From the NCBI GenBank assembly GCA_964546085.1, contig CAZJIB010000011.1, forward strand, positions 2,313-66,312: a stretch of 64,000 nucleotides of DNA. Reading direction: 5' to 3'. Under the pieces are notes generated by a model. That model was not told where the DNA came from, did no database searches, and saw only the letters and a program-made list of their open reading frames with translations. The stretch comes from an uncultured Isosphaeraceae bacterium. GTDB taxonomy: Bacteria > Planctomycetota > Phycisphaerae > Phycisphaerales > SM1A02. The translations under genes were made by a program, and so were the position numbers. Below are positions 1 through 9,621 of the stretch, piece after piece. Positions within the stretch are counted from its first letter, which is position 1. Each line of letters opens with the position of its first letter.

Positions 1-266
1 GATGAGTAGTTTCGATTGGCAATCAGAACACCATCATCCTTCCAGAGGATGTTCCCCGCCGCATCGATCCGCTGGGCGTACACGTCATAACCACCGCTAC
101 GGTTGTCGAACCAACTGACATAACACCCACCATCCCCTGCAGCGGCGATCTTTGGGATCGCCTGCTCGCCACTGGCGTCGCAAATCGGAAGGTTCACATC
201 CGGCACATCAGGCCACTGGGCAGCGGCCGTGGAGGCAAGGGCGAACAGGCAAAGCAGTACTCTCAT
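1..266 (-). CDS. Secreted hypothetical protein, N-terminal part only (gene continues past the left edge of the window)
   Basis: ATG at 266-264 (minus strand) is preceded by a G-rich SD-like GGGGGGA. The translation MRVLLCLFALASTAAAQWPDVPDVNLPICDASGEQAIPK... begins with a textbook signal peptide. The frame stays open to position 1, so it is missing from the ORF track only because no stop lies in the window. Confidence 0.5.
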   Translation of the reverse strand, partial: MRVLLCLFALASTAAAQWPDVPDVNLPICDASGEQAIPKIAAAGDGGCYVSWFDNRSGGYDVYAQRIDAAGNILWKDDGVLIANRNYS

Positions 267-325
267 AAGTCCCCCCAGTATGGGGCAAACTCGGGCGGAT
301 ACAAGTCCTTGGGTACACTGATCAC

Positions 326-844
326 ATGTCCAAGGGCAAAAACAAGCGGAAAAAACGTGGGGGCGGTCGGCCCACCAGTGGACCTGAGGCAGGCATCGGC
401 GAGGTCGAACGCATTGCGGGTGAACTTGCCGCCACGGAGGACGCCGGGCCGCTCTGGGGCGAATTGCACAGAACGCTCATGAAGGTGGGCGCAGACGCGA
501 CGCAAACCATGCGGGTCATCGCGGCACGCGACCTTGACGAACTTGGCCACCTCATCGCTCGCCTCAAGGGCGAGGAGCAGGCCGTAGTAGAAGCCGAGCC
601 CGAATCGCTACCCGAGATCGACAACGAAACCAAACGCCAGGCCATGAAGACATTCCGGCGGCGCATGAAACTCCTGCGGCTCGACCGCGAGTCGAAACTT
701 GGCGTGGGACCGCTGACCACCGGTAAGACCGCTGACTTCGACTCCATGCAGGCCCCACATGACTTCCCCGATGAAGTGTGGCGGGTACTTGTGGCCGAAG
801 GTCAACTCAAGGATGTCGGTGATGGGTTCTACGCGCTGCCGTGA
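326..844 (+). CDS. Hypothetical protein with a strongly basic N-terminus (MSKGKNKRKKRGGGRP)
   Basis: 172-aa ORF with an ATG start. Its stop overlaps the next start (GTGA at 841-844). No family recognised. Confidence 0.5.
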   Translation: MSKGKNKRKKRGGGRPTSGPEAGIGEVERIAGELAATEDAGPLWGELHRTLMKVGADATQTMRVIAARDLDELGHLIARLKGEEQAVVEAEPESLPEIDNETKRQAMKTFRRRMKLLRLDRESKLGVGPLTTGKTADFDSMQAPHDFPDEVWRVLVAEGQLKDVGDGFYALP

Positions 845-1458
845 GTGCCGCTGCGTCCCGTGCGAGTGTCTGGTGGGTCGCCCTTGGCTACTACGCGGGG
901 TTTTTTCTGTTGTGGACGATCTCGCATGAATTGAGCGACATGCACGAAACGCGGTATGCGCTCTACTTTGACTGGGAAACTCGCATTCCGTTTCAAGCGT
1001 GGGTCCTGCCGCTCTATTTTTCGCTGGACGTTGCAGTTGCGCTGTTTCCGTTTGCCTTTCGATCGTGGCGAGAAGCCCTGCCGCCGATGGGAACACTGCT
1101 TGCACAAACCGCGATCGCCGTACCGTTCTTTGTACTGATTCCCATTGACCCCGGGTACACCAATGACATGTCCAGCGGCGTTTGGGGTACGTACCTGTTC
1201 GAACCGCTTGGCCTTGACAACGGGGCCCGCTGGAACCACGTACCCTCACTGCACGTCGCGTACGCCCTCACGCTCGCGTGCTCCGTCTGTGCACGCTGGC
1301 GTGTGTGGGCGTTGGCTTGGGCAACTGCGGTTTCCATCTCAACCATGCTCGTACACGAACACCATCTGATCTGCGTCGCCTCTGGGCTTGTGCTGTTCCT
1401 CGTAACGATCACGAGCGTCTACCCATGGTTGCGGCGACGCAGTATCCTGAGAGCATGA
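841..1458 (+). CDS. PAP2-superfamily (PAP2_3 / IPC-synthase-like) integral membrane protein
   Basis: Multi-TM 205-aa ORF carrying VPSLHVAYA and HEHHLICVASG, which resemble the PSxH and HxxxD PAP2 motifs. A Cys sits where I expect the Asp. The GTG start overlaps the upstream stop, and the stop overlaps the next ATG (ATGA at 1455-1458). Confidence 0.5.
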   Translation: MSAAASRASVWWVALGYYAGFFLLWTISHELSDMHETRYALYFDWETRIPFQAWVLPLYFSLDVAVALFPFAFRSWREALPPMGTLLAQTAIAVPFFVLIPIDPGYTNDMSSGVWGTYLFEPLGLDNGARWNHVPSLHVAYALTLACSVCARWRVWALAWATAVSISTMLVHEHHLICVASGLVLFLVTITSVYPWLRRRSILRA

Positions 1459-2216
1459 TCATTAAAGGCCTGGCACACATACCCATTCCTGCGTTCCACC
1501 GCACATGGGGAGGGGTCATCTTGCGATTTGGAATGGCGATTGGACTGGTCGCCGGGCTGTACTTGCTCTTTCACTACGGGCTTGAGCCGTACATGCCCGC
1601 GGTAGATGATTACATCCGAAACCTCGGGGCCTGGGGCCCCGTGCTGTTCATGCTGGCGGTCATTTTGGGCGCGACGCTGGGGTTTCCAGAGTCCGTACTC
1701 GCCCTGGCCGCTGGCGCAGTGTTTGGCATCTGGTGGGGATTCCTCTGGATATCGATCGCCGGGGTGATTGCCGCGTTTCTCATGTTCTGGATTGGCCGGC
1801 ACCTGCTCCGCAGCAAGGTTGATGCGTACCTGAAGCGGCACCCGAAACTGAATGCTGTCGACGCAGCTGCATCCGATTCCGGATTCAGGCTGATTGCTCT
1901 GCTGCGACTTTCACCACTGAACTTCACGCTGCTCTCCTACCTGATTGCAGTGAGCCGGGCGAAATTCAGCTCCTATACGCTCGCATCGGCATGCATGCTT
2001 CCGGGTTTTCTTTCGACCGTGTATATCGGCTACGCCGCGAAACATGCGGCTAATCTTGCGCAAACATACGAGTCAACTGGCAACCTGCCCCCGGGCGATT
2101 CCATCACCCACGAGATCACCGTGTACGGCGGCATGGTGCTTGCGGTAACGGTGAGCGTTGTCATTGCGAAGATCGCCATGAAGGCTGTTCACGATCAATC
2201 ACAGGTATCAGAATGA
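1455..2216 (+). CDS. TVP38/TMEM64 (DedA-related) family membrane protein
   Basis: Signature stretches FPESVLALAAGAVFGIWWG, GRHLLRSKV and LRLSPLNFTLLSYL. I prefer the ATG at 1455 (ATGA overlap with the upstream stop) to the ORF-track start at 1278. Confidence 0.7.
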   Translation: MIIKGLAHIPIPAFHRTWGGVILRFGMAIGLVAGLYLLFHYGLEPYMPAVDDYIRNLGAWGPVLFMLAVILGATLGFPESVLALAAGAVFGIWWGFLWISIAGVIAAFLMFWIGRHLLRSKVDAYLKRHPKLNAVDAAASDSGFRLIALLRLSPLNFTLLSYLIAVSRAKFSSYTLASACMLPGFLSTVYIGYAAKHAANLAQTYESTGNLPPGDSITHEITVYGGMVLAVTVSVVIAKIAMKAVHDQSQVSE

Positions 2217-3473
2217 CCACGTCGTTCGAAAACCCCAGATGACCGAATCGCCGAGACCAATGTCATTGTCACGGACGTACTGCACAACCGGGCCGGTGTA
2301 GAGCGAATGCGTCAGATGCGTTCGCCAGTACCACTCAAGCATCGTTCGATGACCACGTACGGGCCGGTTGAGGGCCGACATCTTCGCATACTCAACCGCC
2401 AGACCCGTCGAGCTGTGTTGGAAGTCAAACGGCTTGTCGATAGCAAATCCCGTTGAGACGCTGAACGTGGATGGCGTGACGCTGCCACTGCCACTACCGA
2501 TACGACCGAAGATCGACACGTTCTCGGCAATCTCCTGATCAAAGTTGAACAGGCCGCCCCAGCCGTCGATATCGCCAGTACCGGTAGAGTTGGCGATCCC
2601 GTTGTGCCAGACAAGGAATCGGTAATGCCCATCGCGTTTCGCATTATTGATCGTTGGATGTGCGGTGATGTCCATCTCCGCAACGGAGCAAAGATGCTCC
2701 GCGGAGAGTCCATCGAACCCGGTGGTGTTACCGCCACTCTCGCTGTTAGCGATGCCACACCGCATCACAATGTCGTCTGCCACATCCCATTCGATGTTCA
2801 CGCCAAACCCATGAGTTGGGAGTGGGTTAGTGATCGACTGATTGAAGTCTTCAGCGAGAAATCCACTGATCGGATCGTAGGCAACCGAGTTCGTGTCAAA
2901 GAACGATGAATCCATCATCTTGCCAATACGAAGTATTGCGTGGTGGTCGGCGAATGCTTGTTGCCAGTAAAGGGAAGCCAGAAACAGATCCTGGCTGGTA
3001 AGAATGTTGTTCAGGGCGAATGGGCCTGCAACTGAATCAGCAAGCGGTGGCTGAGACGGTGTGCCTGCACCGACGTTGCCTTCGATGTTGTATACAACTT
3101 GGCCCAGTCCATGATCATCGTGCCAGAACGTCGCTAGGCCACCGCCCCCATACCAGAACACCGAGCGGGTACGAGCGGTTCCCGGCATCACATCGCCAGC
3201 GTGCTGCCAGGTCCATGCCGCTGACGAGTTGAATGTAACCCCGGCAGGCTTCGCTAAGCCACGGATTGCGGTTGTGAGATCGTTCAGAGGCAACATCGGA
3301 GCCACGTCCAACAGAGAATCCGTAGAAGTACTCGTACTGCTTCCCTTCTGGTAATGGTGGTGTCGACGGTCCTCCGGTAGTTCCTGCGCAGCAGTAACTG
3401 CTGCAAGGACAAGCATGAACATGCAACAGAGAGTGAATTTCGGTTTTTCTTCCAATTCGAATAACTCAGTCAT
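2208..3473 (-). CDS. Outer-membrane porin, OprB (carbohydrate-selective) family-like
   Basis: Signal peptide KFTLCCMFMLVLAAVTAAQ, followed by a Gly/aromatic-rich alternating beta-strand sequence. The C-terminus ...VIWGFRTTWSF ends in Phe, as in OM barrels. Confidence 0.6.
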   Translation of the reverse strand: MTELFELEEKPKFTLCCMFMLVLAAVTAAQELPEDRRHHHYQKGSSTSTSTDSLLDVAPMLPLNDLTTAIRGLAKPAGVTFNSSAAWTWQHAGDVMPGTARTRSVFWYGGGGLATFWHDDHGLGQVVYNIEGNVGAGTPSQPPLADSVAGPFALNNILTSQDLFLASLYWQQAFADHHAILRIGKMMDSSFFDTNSVAYDPISGFLAEDFNQSITNPLPTHGFGVNIEWDVADDIVMRCGIANSESGGNTTGFDGLSAEHLCSVAEMDITAHPTINNAKRDGHYRFLVWHNGIANSTGTGDIDGWGGLFNFDQEIAENVSIFGRIGSGSGSVTPSTFSVSTGFAIDKPFDFQHSSTGLAVEYAKMSALNRPVRGHRTMLEWYWRTHLTHSLYTGPVVQYVRDNDIGLGDSVIWGFRTTWSF

Positions 3474-3499
3474 TTGGGCGTGCAGCCTATCATACGGCC

Positions 3500-4627
3500 A
3501 TGCCGACGCTTGAGACCACCGTCAACGGCCTGCGACTCCCGAACCCATTCATCATCGGTTCGGGCCCTCCTGGTACGAATGCGAATGTCATCAACCGCGC
3601 CTTCGACGAGGGTTGGGGGGCGGTTGTTGCGAAAACGATTAGCCTCGATGCGTCGAAGGTGACGAATGTAGCGCCGCGGTATGCACGGATGCGAGCTGCT
3701 GAGACACGTGAAATCTTCGGGTGGGAGAACATCGAGTTGATCAGCGATCGGCCGTTTGACACGTGGCTGGAGGAGTTTGATGCAATCAAGCAAGCGCATC
3801 CAGAGGGCGTGCTCATTGCGTCGATCATGGAGGAGTGCAACGAGCAGGGATGGGTGGAAATCGTCCAGCGGTGTGAAGAGGCGGGCGTCGATGCATTTGA
3901 ACTGAATTATTCGTGTCCGCACGGACTTCCGGAGCGCAAGATGGGGGCGGCGATGGGTGAGAACCCCGACATCGTCGAGGAGGTCAGCGGTTGGGTGATG
4001 AAGGTGGCGACCAAGCCTGTGTGGGCGAAGATGACACCAAATGTGACGCACATCACAGACCCTGCGCGTGCTGCGCTTCGAAGTGGGTGTGACGGAATTG
4101 CGGCGATCAATACGATTCTGAGTGTGATGGGTGTCGATCTGGAGACGCTGCGGCCACAGCCGACGGTTGAGGGGTACTCCGTTCCTGGCGGCTATTCCTG
4201 CAAGGCGGTTCGGCCAATTGCGCTTCGAATGGTGATGGAACTGGCGCGGATGATGGACGAGGAGTTCCCGGGTCGGACGATCAGCGGTATCGGCGGGATC
4301 GAGACGGGCGAGGATGCTGCGCAGTTCATTCTTCTGGGAGCAAATACCGTGCAGGTATGTACTGGGGTCATGATGCACGGGTACGGGGTAGTCAAGGAGA
4401 TGTGTGATCATCTGCTGTCGTTCATGGAGAAACACGGGTTCGAGCAACTCGATGAATTCCGCGGCGCCAGCCTCCCCTACTTCAGCACCCACGCCGATCT
4501 AGTCCTCCGGCAAGCAGAGGCCAAGGCTGCCGCCAAGACTCACCGCGAGGGCATGGTCGAGAAGGACACACAGTGGTCCGGAGACGAATTCGTCGAACAA
4601 TCCAACCGCCTCGTCTCCAACGACTAG
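3500..4627 (+). CDS. preA: PreA-like dihydropyrimidine dehydrogenase / DHODH-family FMN TIM-barrel protein (no Fe-S tail)
   Basis: Motifs NPFIIGSGPPGTN, ELNYSCPHG (active-site Cys) and ISGIGGIETGEDA. Its genomic context is pyrimidine catabolism. There is no Cys after MCDH in the last ~70 aa, so the PreA ferredoxin clusters are absent. Confidence 0.7.
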   Translation: MPTLETTVNGLRLPNPFIIGSGPPGTNANVINRAFDEGWGAVVAKTISLDASKVTNVAPRYARMRAAETREIFGWENIELISDRPFDTWLEEFDAIKQAHPEGVLIASIMEECNEQGWVEIVQRCEEAGVDAFELNYSCPHGLPERKMGAAMGENPDIVEEVSGWVMKVATKPVWAKMTPNVTHITDPARAALRSGCDGIAAINTILSVMGVDLETLRPQPTVEGYSVPGGYSCKAVRPIALRMVMELARMMDEEFPGRTISGIGGIETGEDAAQFILLGANTVQVCTGVMMHGYGVVKEMCDHLLSFMEKHGFEQLDEFRGASLPYFSTHADLVLRQAEAKAAAKTHREGMVEKDTQWSGDEFVEQSNRLVSND

Positions 4628-5997
4628 CGAGCTATGTATCTGCCGCCGCCTTCGGGGCCGATGAAGGTGCCCTCGGCGGCGACGATCTGGCCTCGGAGCA
4701 GAACGGTCTCGGCACGCCCGCGGCGATCCATGCCCTCGAAGCCGCTGTAATCCACCTTCGACAAGCCATCGGCATGCGCAAATATTCCGCGAAACTCCGG
4801 GTCGTAGATCACAATGTCCGCATCCGACCCAACGGCGATCGCCCCCTTCCTTGGATACATGTTGAATACCTTCGCCACATTCGTGCTGCAGGCGTCCACC
4901 ATCGTCCGCAGGTCAATTCGATCGAGACTCACACCATGCGTGTGCACCAGATCCACACGCTCCTGAATGGACGGGATTCCGTTTGGAATAAGCGTAAACG
5001 CCTCCCGCCCCATGTCCTTCTGCCCGTGGAAGTTGAACGGAGCATGATCAGTACCAATCGTCGACACATCCCCGCAGGCAATCGCCTCCCATAATCGGTC
5101 ATGCTCCTCTTCATCCCGCAGCGGCGGCGACATGACATACTTCGCCCCCTCGAAGTCGGGCCGCTCCGCATATGTGCTATCCAACACTAAATGAGGCACG
5201 ACGGCCTCGACATGCACGTTGACGCCGCGGCCGCGGGCCTCAAGCGCCCTGTCGATCGCCAGTCCGCACGATGTGTGCACGATGTACACCTCAGCCCCAG
5301 TCAACTCCGCGAATGCGCACAGGTGGTTGACGCCGTCCGCCTCGACCGTGCGGGGACGCGACGGCTCGTGCCAACAGGGATCGGTCTTCCCATCCGAAAT
5401 CAAACGCTTCTGCATTGCGTCGATCGCCTCTGCATTCTCACAGTGCGCAGTAATGACGACACCAAGTTCGCTCGCCAACTCCATGAGCGCAAAGAGTTCT
5501 TCGTCTGGAATGTCCAGCGCGCCCTTGTATGCAAGAAACACCTTGAACGACTGCACGCCCTCGCTTGCCACCAAATCCCGCAACTGCGCCCTCGCCAGTT
5601 CATCGAACCGCACGACCGAGAGGTGGAACGAGTAGTCGCAGCACGCCCCCTCCTCTGCAAGACCCTTCCAAGTATCAAACGCAGCCCGCGGCTCATCCTC
5701 CGGCCCCGGGCAAATCATCTCAATAACCGTCGTCGTCCCGCCCACGAGCGCCGCCCTAGTCGCCGACGCATGATCGTCAATTGCGTTGGTCCCCATGAAC
5801 GGAAGATGAATGTGAACATGCGGATCAATGAACCCCGGAAACACCAACTTGCCAGTTGCATCAATGACCTGCTTCCCCACAAGACCCCCACCTTCCCGCA
5901 CCTCCGCAATCGTCTCGCCGTTGATGCCGACATCGCCGACGAACTCGCCGTCTGGCGCAAAGACAGTCCCGCCACCGATCACCAGATCGTAGGTCAT
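4624..5997 (-). CDS. hydA: Dihydropyrimidinase (D-hydantoinase)
   Basis: Metal-binding FPGFIDPHVHIH and the carbamylated-Lys region SFKVFLAYKGAL, with GTDHAPF near the C-terminal part. ATGA overlap with the upstream gene. Confidence 0.85.
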   Translation of the reverse strand: MTYDLVIGGGTVFAPDGEFVGDVGINGETIAEVREGGGLVGKQVIDATGKLVFPGFIDPHVHIHLPFMGTNAIDDHASATRAALVGGTTTVIEMICPGPEDEPRAAFDTWKGLAEEGACCDYSFHLSVVRFDELARAQLRDLVASEGVQSFKVFLAYKGALDIPDEELFALMELASELGVVITAHCENAEAIDAMQKRLISDGKTDPCWHEPSRPRTVEADGVNHLCAFAELTGAEVYIVHTSCGLAIDRALEARGRGVNVHVEAVVPHLVLDSTYAERPDFEGAKYVMSPPLRDEEEHDRLWEAIACGDVSTIGTDHAPFNFHGQKDMGREAFTLIPNGIPSIQERVDLVHTHGVSLDRIDLRTMVDACSTNVAKVFNMYPRKGAIAVGSDADIVIYDPEFRGIFAHADGLSKVDYSGFEGMDRRGRAETVLLRGQIVAAEGTFIGPEGGGRYIAR

Positions 5998-7325
5998 CCC
6001 AACGCCTCATCCAATACATCAATGATGTACTGCACATCTGCATCGCCCAAACACATCGGCGGTTTGATCCTCAACACATTCCCAAAGTACCCGCCCTTAC
6101 CAATCAACAAACCAAGATCCTTGCATCGCTCATGCACGGTGGCAGTCAACTCGACCGCCGGCGTCTTCTCCTCTCGATCGGTAACCAGTTCCATGCCACT
6201 CATGAGTCCACGGCCGCGAATATCGCCGATGACCGGATGCCGCTCTTGAAGACCCCTCAACCCTGCAAATAACTGTTTGCCCAGTCGCAGCGCACGCCCC
6301 TGATAGTCCTCATCCAACAGCACCTCCAGTGTCGCCATGCCTTGCGCGCACGACACCGGGTTTCCGCCAAATGTATTGAAGTGCAACGCTGTCGCAAGTG
6401 ACTCCGACACCTGCCGGCTCGTCACAACCGCCGCAATCGGCGCTCCATCACCCATGCCCTTGGCCATCGTAACCATGTCCGGCACAACACCATGATTCTC
6501 GAAACCCCAGAAGTTGTCGCCGGTTCGTCCGAAGCCGGTCTGCACCTCATCTGCGATGCACATCCCACCCGCTTCTCGTACAAATCCGTACGCCGCCTCC
6601 AAATACCCGGGAGGCATCTCAACCGCGCCGCCGACACCCTGAATCGGTTCCGCAATGAACCCTGCCACGGCACCACAGGAACCCTGCGCAATGACATCCG
6701 CAACATCGGCGGCATAGTTCGCGCCGGCATCCGGATCATCGTAGCCCCATATCCCTCGGTACCTGTCCGGCGCCATGGCGTGATGCACACCAAACCCGTG
6801 CGGCACCGCATGCTTCCATGTGCTGTGACTCGTCAGGCCCATTGCGCCTTGCGAACCACCGTGATAGGCGTTCCGCAGCGCGACAATGTCGAAGTTTCCG
6901 GTAAAGGCACGCGCCATCAAGACAGCCAGATCATTCGCCTCAGACCCGCTGTTGGTGAAGTACACGGTGTCCAAGCCATCGGGCAGGGTCGCCACAAGTT
7001 TCTTCGCAAACTCAGCGACAGTCGGGTGCAGGTAGATGGTGGTCGTGTGCTGCAGTCGCTCGTTCTGCGCCGCAACTGACTCCATCACCTTCGGGTGACA
7101 ATGTCCGACGCTGATGGACACGATCCCACCGATCGCATCGAGGTAGCGGCGGCCGGTTTCATCCCAGACGTACTGCATGTACCCCTCGACCACCATGACC
7201 GGATTGGCGTAATACAACCGGATGGCGGGCGACAGATATGTCTGCCGCAGCCGTAGCACTTCCTCGCGTGTCGGCCCATCGTAGGCGTGTGGCTGGTAAT
7301 CACAGGGCGGCAAGGTCAGCGGCAT
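5994..7325 (-). CDS. Class-III (omega) aminotransferase, beta-alanine/beta-aminoisobutyrate:pyruvate (AGXT2-like)
   Basis: Motifs FTNSGSEAND, ADEVQTGFGRTG and the PLP-Lys region VTMAKGMGDG. I take the start at the internal ATG 7325, which has a GGAG-containing GGGGAGA upstream, rather than 7391. That reduces the overlap with the NCS1 gene to 10 nt. Confidence 0.8.
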   Translation of the reverse strand: MPLTLPPCDYQPHAYDGPTREEVLRLRQTYLSPAIRLYYANPVMVVEGYMQYVWDETGRRYLDAIGGIVSISVGHCHPKVMESVAAQNERLQHTTTIYLHPTVAEFAKKLVATLPDGLDTVYFTNSGSEANDLAVLMARAFTGNFDIVALRNAYHGGSQGAMGLTSHSTWKHAVPHGFGVHHAMAPDRYRGIWGYDDPDAGANYAADVADVIAQGSCGAVAGFIAEPIQGVGGAVEMPPGYLEAAYGFVREAGGMCIADEVQTGFGRTGDNFWGFENHGVVPDMVTMAKGMGDGAPIAAVVTSRQVSESLATALHFNTFGGNPVSCAQGMATLEVLLDEDYQGRALRLGKQLFAGLRGLQERHPVIGDIRGRGLMSGMELVTDREEKTPAVELTATVHERCKDLGLLIGKGGYFGNVLRIKPPMCLGDADVQYIIDVLDEALG

Positions 7326-8743
7326 GTTTGCATTCTCCCCTGCATCAGTATCCAATACAGCCCCGCGGCGATCGCGAGGCCCACGAACCACGCGTAATCA
7401 TAGATCGTGCTGAAAAACTGCGGAAACACCGCCCGCTGCATGGCCGCGTTAATGAACCCAGGCACATTCGGGGCAACTGCCAGCACCAACGCAATGATCG
7501 CCGCGTAGTTGACGCCTCGGTACGGCCCCTTTGCCTCATACAGCCCGTCTTCATCGAGCCTCATCCGCCGCACGACGAAATAATCACACAACATGATGCC
7601 CGCGATCGGTCCGAGCAACGCGCTATACCCGATCAACCATGTAAAGATGTACGACCAGAGGTCGTTGTACAACTTCCACGGCATGATCACGATGCCGATG
7701 ACGCAAGTAATAATGCCTCCGGTTCGGAATGAGATTCGCCGGGGACTCAGGTTCGAAAATCCGTTCGCCGGGCTCACCACATTCGCTGCGATGTTCGTCG
7801 AGAGTGTTGCCACCGTCAGCGCAATGAGAGATACCACAACTGCCACCGGCGAACCAAGTTTGCCCACGAGCGTGATCGGGTCCCAGATCGCTTGCCCGTA
7901 GATAACGATCGTCGCGCTCGTCACCGCAATGCCGATAAACGAGAACAGCGTCATCGTTGTTGGTAGACCAATGAGCTGCCCCATGGCCTGGTCCTGCTGC
8001 GAACGACAATACCGCGTAAAGTCTGGAATGTTGAGGCTCAGTGTCGCCCAGAAACCAACCATCGCCGTCAACTGCGGAAAGAAGATGGGCCAGAACGGCA
8101 GCGGGTCCTGCGGCGCAGCCGGGAAAATTTCGGTAACGCCACCGGCACGGTACATCGCCCATCCCAGCAGCGCGAGCCCCATCGCCAGGAGAAATGGTGC
8201 CGCCCACGACTCAAGCCATTTGATGCAGTCAATGCCGCGAAGAATGATCGCGAAGTTGAGAACCCAGAATGCAAGGAAACAGAGGAACTGCTTGAGCGTA
8301 ATTCCAAGAAAGAGAAACGGAGTCGTGTCACCGGCGATGTCCAGCCACCCCAATGCGCCAAGCACCTGATAGATCGCAAACCCACCGATCCATGTCTGTA
8401 TGCCAAACCACCCGCACGCCACCATGGCACGGGCCATTGCAGGAATGTGCGCACCACGAACACCGAAACTTGCCCTCGCCAGGACTGGAAACGGGATGCC
8501 ATACCGCGTGCCAGCGTGTCCCATGAGGATCATCGGTACCAACACGATGAGATTCCCGAGCAATACAGTCAACACCGACTGCCACCACGTCATTCCCGCC
8601 TGAATCATGCTCGCAGCAAGCATGTATGTCGGAATGCACACGGACATGCCGATCCAGAGTGCGGCCAGGTGCCAGCGAGACCACGTCCGCTCCTCCGGCG
8701 TAGTCGGAGCGATGTCCGGGTTAATAAGGTGGTTCGTACTCAC
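7316..8743 (-). CDS. NCS1-family nucleobase/hydantoin:cation symporter
   Basis: 12-TM protein with the typical NCS1 N-terminus NPDIAPTTPEERTWSRWHLAALWIGMSVCIPTYMLA. GTG start in a GTGA overlap with the upstream stop. Confidence 0.85.
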   Translation of the reverse strand: MSTNHLINPDIAPTTPEERTWSRWHLAALWIGMSVCIPTYMLAASMIQAGMTWWQSVLTVLLGNLIVLVPMILMGHAGTRYGIPFPVLARASFGVRGAHIPAMARAMVACGWFGIQTWIGGFAIYQVLGALGWLDIAGDTTPFLFLGITLKQFLCFLAFWVLNFAIILRGIDCIKWLESWAAPFLLAMGLALLGWAMYRAGGVTEIFPAAPQDPLPFWPIFFPQLTAMVGFWATLSLNIPDFTRYCRSQQDQAMGQLIGLPTTMTLFSFIGIAVTSATIVIYGQAIWDPITLVGKLGSPVAVVVSLIALTVATLSTNIAANVVSPANGFSNLSPRRISFRTGGIITCVIGIVIMPWKLYNDLWSYIFTWLIGYSALLGPIAGIMLCDYFVVRRMRLDEDGLYEAKGPYRGVNYAAIIALVLAVAPNVPGFINAAMQRAVFPQFFSTIYDYAWFVGLAIAAGLYWILMQGRMQTCR

Positions 8744-9609
8744 GGCTCGGTGATGTGCTCGTAACTCTCCGGCCGCCGATCGCGGAAGAACTGCCAGGCG
8801 TGCCTGACCTCTTCGATCAAGTCGAGGTCAAGATCCGCAAGAACAACTTCATCCCGATCCCGCGAACCCTCGGCGATGATCTGTCCGCGAGGATCGCAGA
8901 AGTAGCTCTGTCCGTAGAACTCGCCGATGTTCCATGGCGGCTCTGTACCGACGCGATTGATCGCGCCGACGAAGTACTGGTTCGCCACCGCATGCGCCGG
9001 CTGTTCGAGTTTCCAGAGGTATTCGCTGAGCCCGGCGACCGTTGCCGACGGGTTGAAGACAATTTCCGCGCCGTTCAGACCCAACTCCCGCGCGCCTTCT
9101 GGAAAGTGTCGGTCGTAACAGATGTAGACGCCGATCTTGCCAGCGCTGGTGTCAAACACGGGATAACCGCCATTTCCGGGTGTGAAGTAGAACTTCTCCC
9201 AGAATCCGGGGTTGCAGTGTGGGATGTGGTGCTTGCGATAGCGGCCGAGGTACTCACCATGTTCGTCAATGACGGCAGCCGTGTTGTAGTACACGCCGGT
9301 CATGTCCACTTCGTACAGCGGCACGACAAGAATCATGCCATGTTCTTTCGCGGCGGCCCGCATGATTTCTACGGTCGGCCCATCCGGGACCGGCTCGGCC
9401 ATGTCATACCACCGCTTGTCCTGTTCTGCGCAAAAGTATGGACCGTTGAAGATTTCCTGCAGGCAACAGACCTTCGCGCCTTGTGATGCGGCGTCCGCGA
9501 TCAATGACAGGTGCTTGTCAATCGCTGCCTTCTTGATGTCCTCATTGGAGGCATCTGCGGACAATTCGTTGGATGCCTGAATGAGTGCTGCTCGGGTGAC
9601 TCGTGCCAC
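8740..9609 (-). CDS. Beta-ureidopropionase-like carbon-nitrogen hydrolase (nitrilase superfamily)
   Basis: Glu/Lys/Cys triad context (CCLQEIF, RKHHIP, VYICYDRHFPE). The block FNPSATVAGLSEYLWKLEQPAHAVANQYFVGAINRVGTE resembles eukaryote-type beta-ureidopropionase. GTG start sits 5 nt after a strong AGGAGG. Confidence 0.8.
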   Translation of the reverse strand: MARVTRAALIQASNELSADASNEDIKKAAIDKHLSLIADAASQGAKVCCLQEIFNGPYFCAEQDKRWYDMAEPVPDGPTVEIMRAAAKEHGMILVVPLYEVDMTGVYYNTAAVIDEHGEYLGRYRKHHIPHCNPGFWEKFYFTPGNGGYPVFDTSAGKIGVYICYDRHFPEGARELGLNGAEIVFNPSATVAGLSEYLWKLEQPAHAVANQYFVGAINRVGTEPPWNIGEFYGQSYFCDPRGQIIAEGSRDRDEVVLADLDLDLIEEVRHAWQFFRDRRPESYEHITEP

Positions 9610-9621
9610 ATGGACCTCCTG

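Noticed and set aside
1278-1454. 59-codon N-terminal extension of the TVP38-family ORF. There are similar upstream extensions of the ORF-track entries at 19125, 21766..22386, 24675..25700, 30529..31830, 40941..42038, 41926..43740, 44647..45636, 50266, 51518, 54574..57075 and 57010.
   Set aside because: The extensions overlap the preceding gene, are Arg/Cys/Pro-rich and precede an internal start. That internal start either creates a 1-4-nt coupling overlap or immediately begins a signal peptide or a conserved N-terminus.
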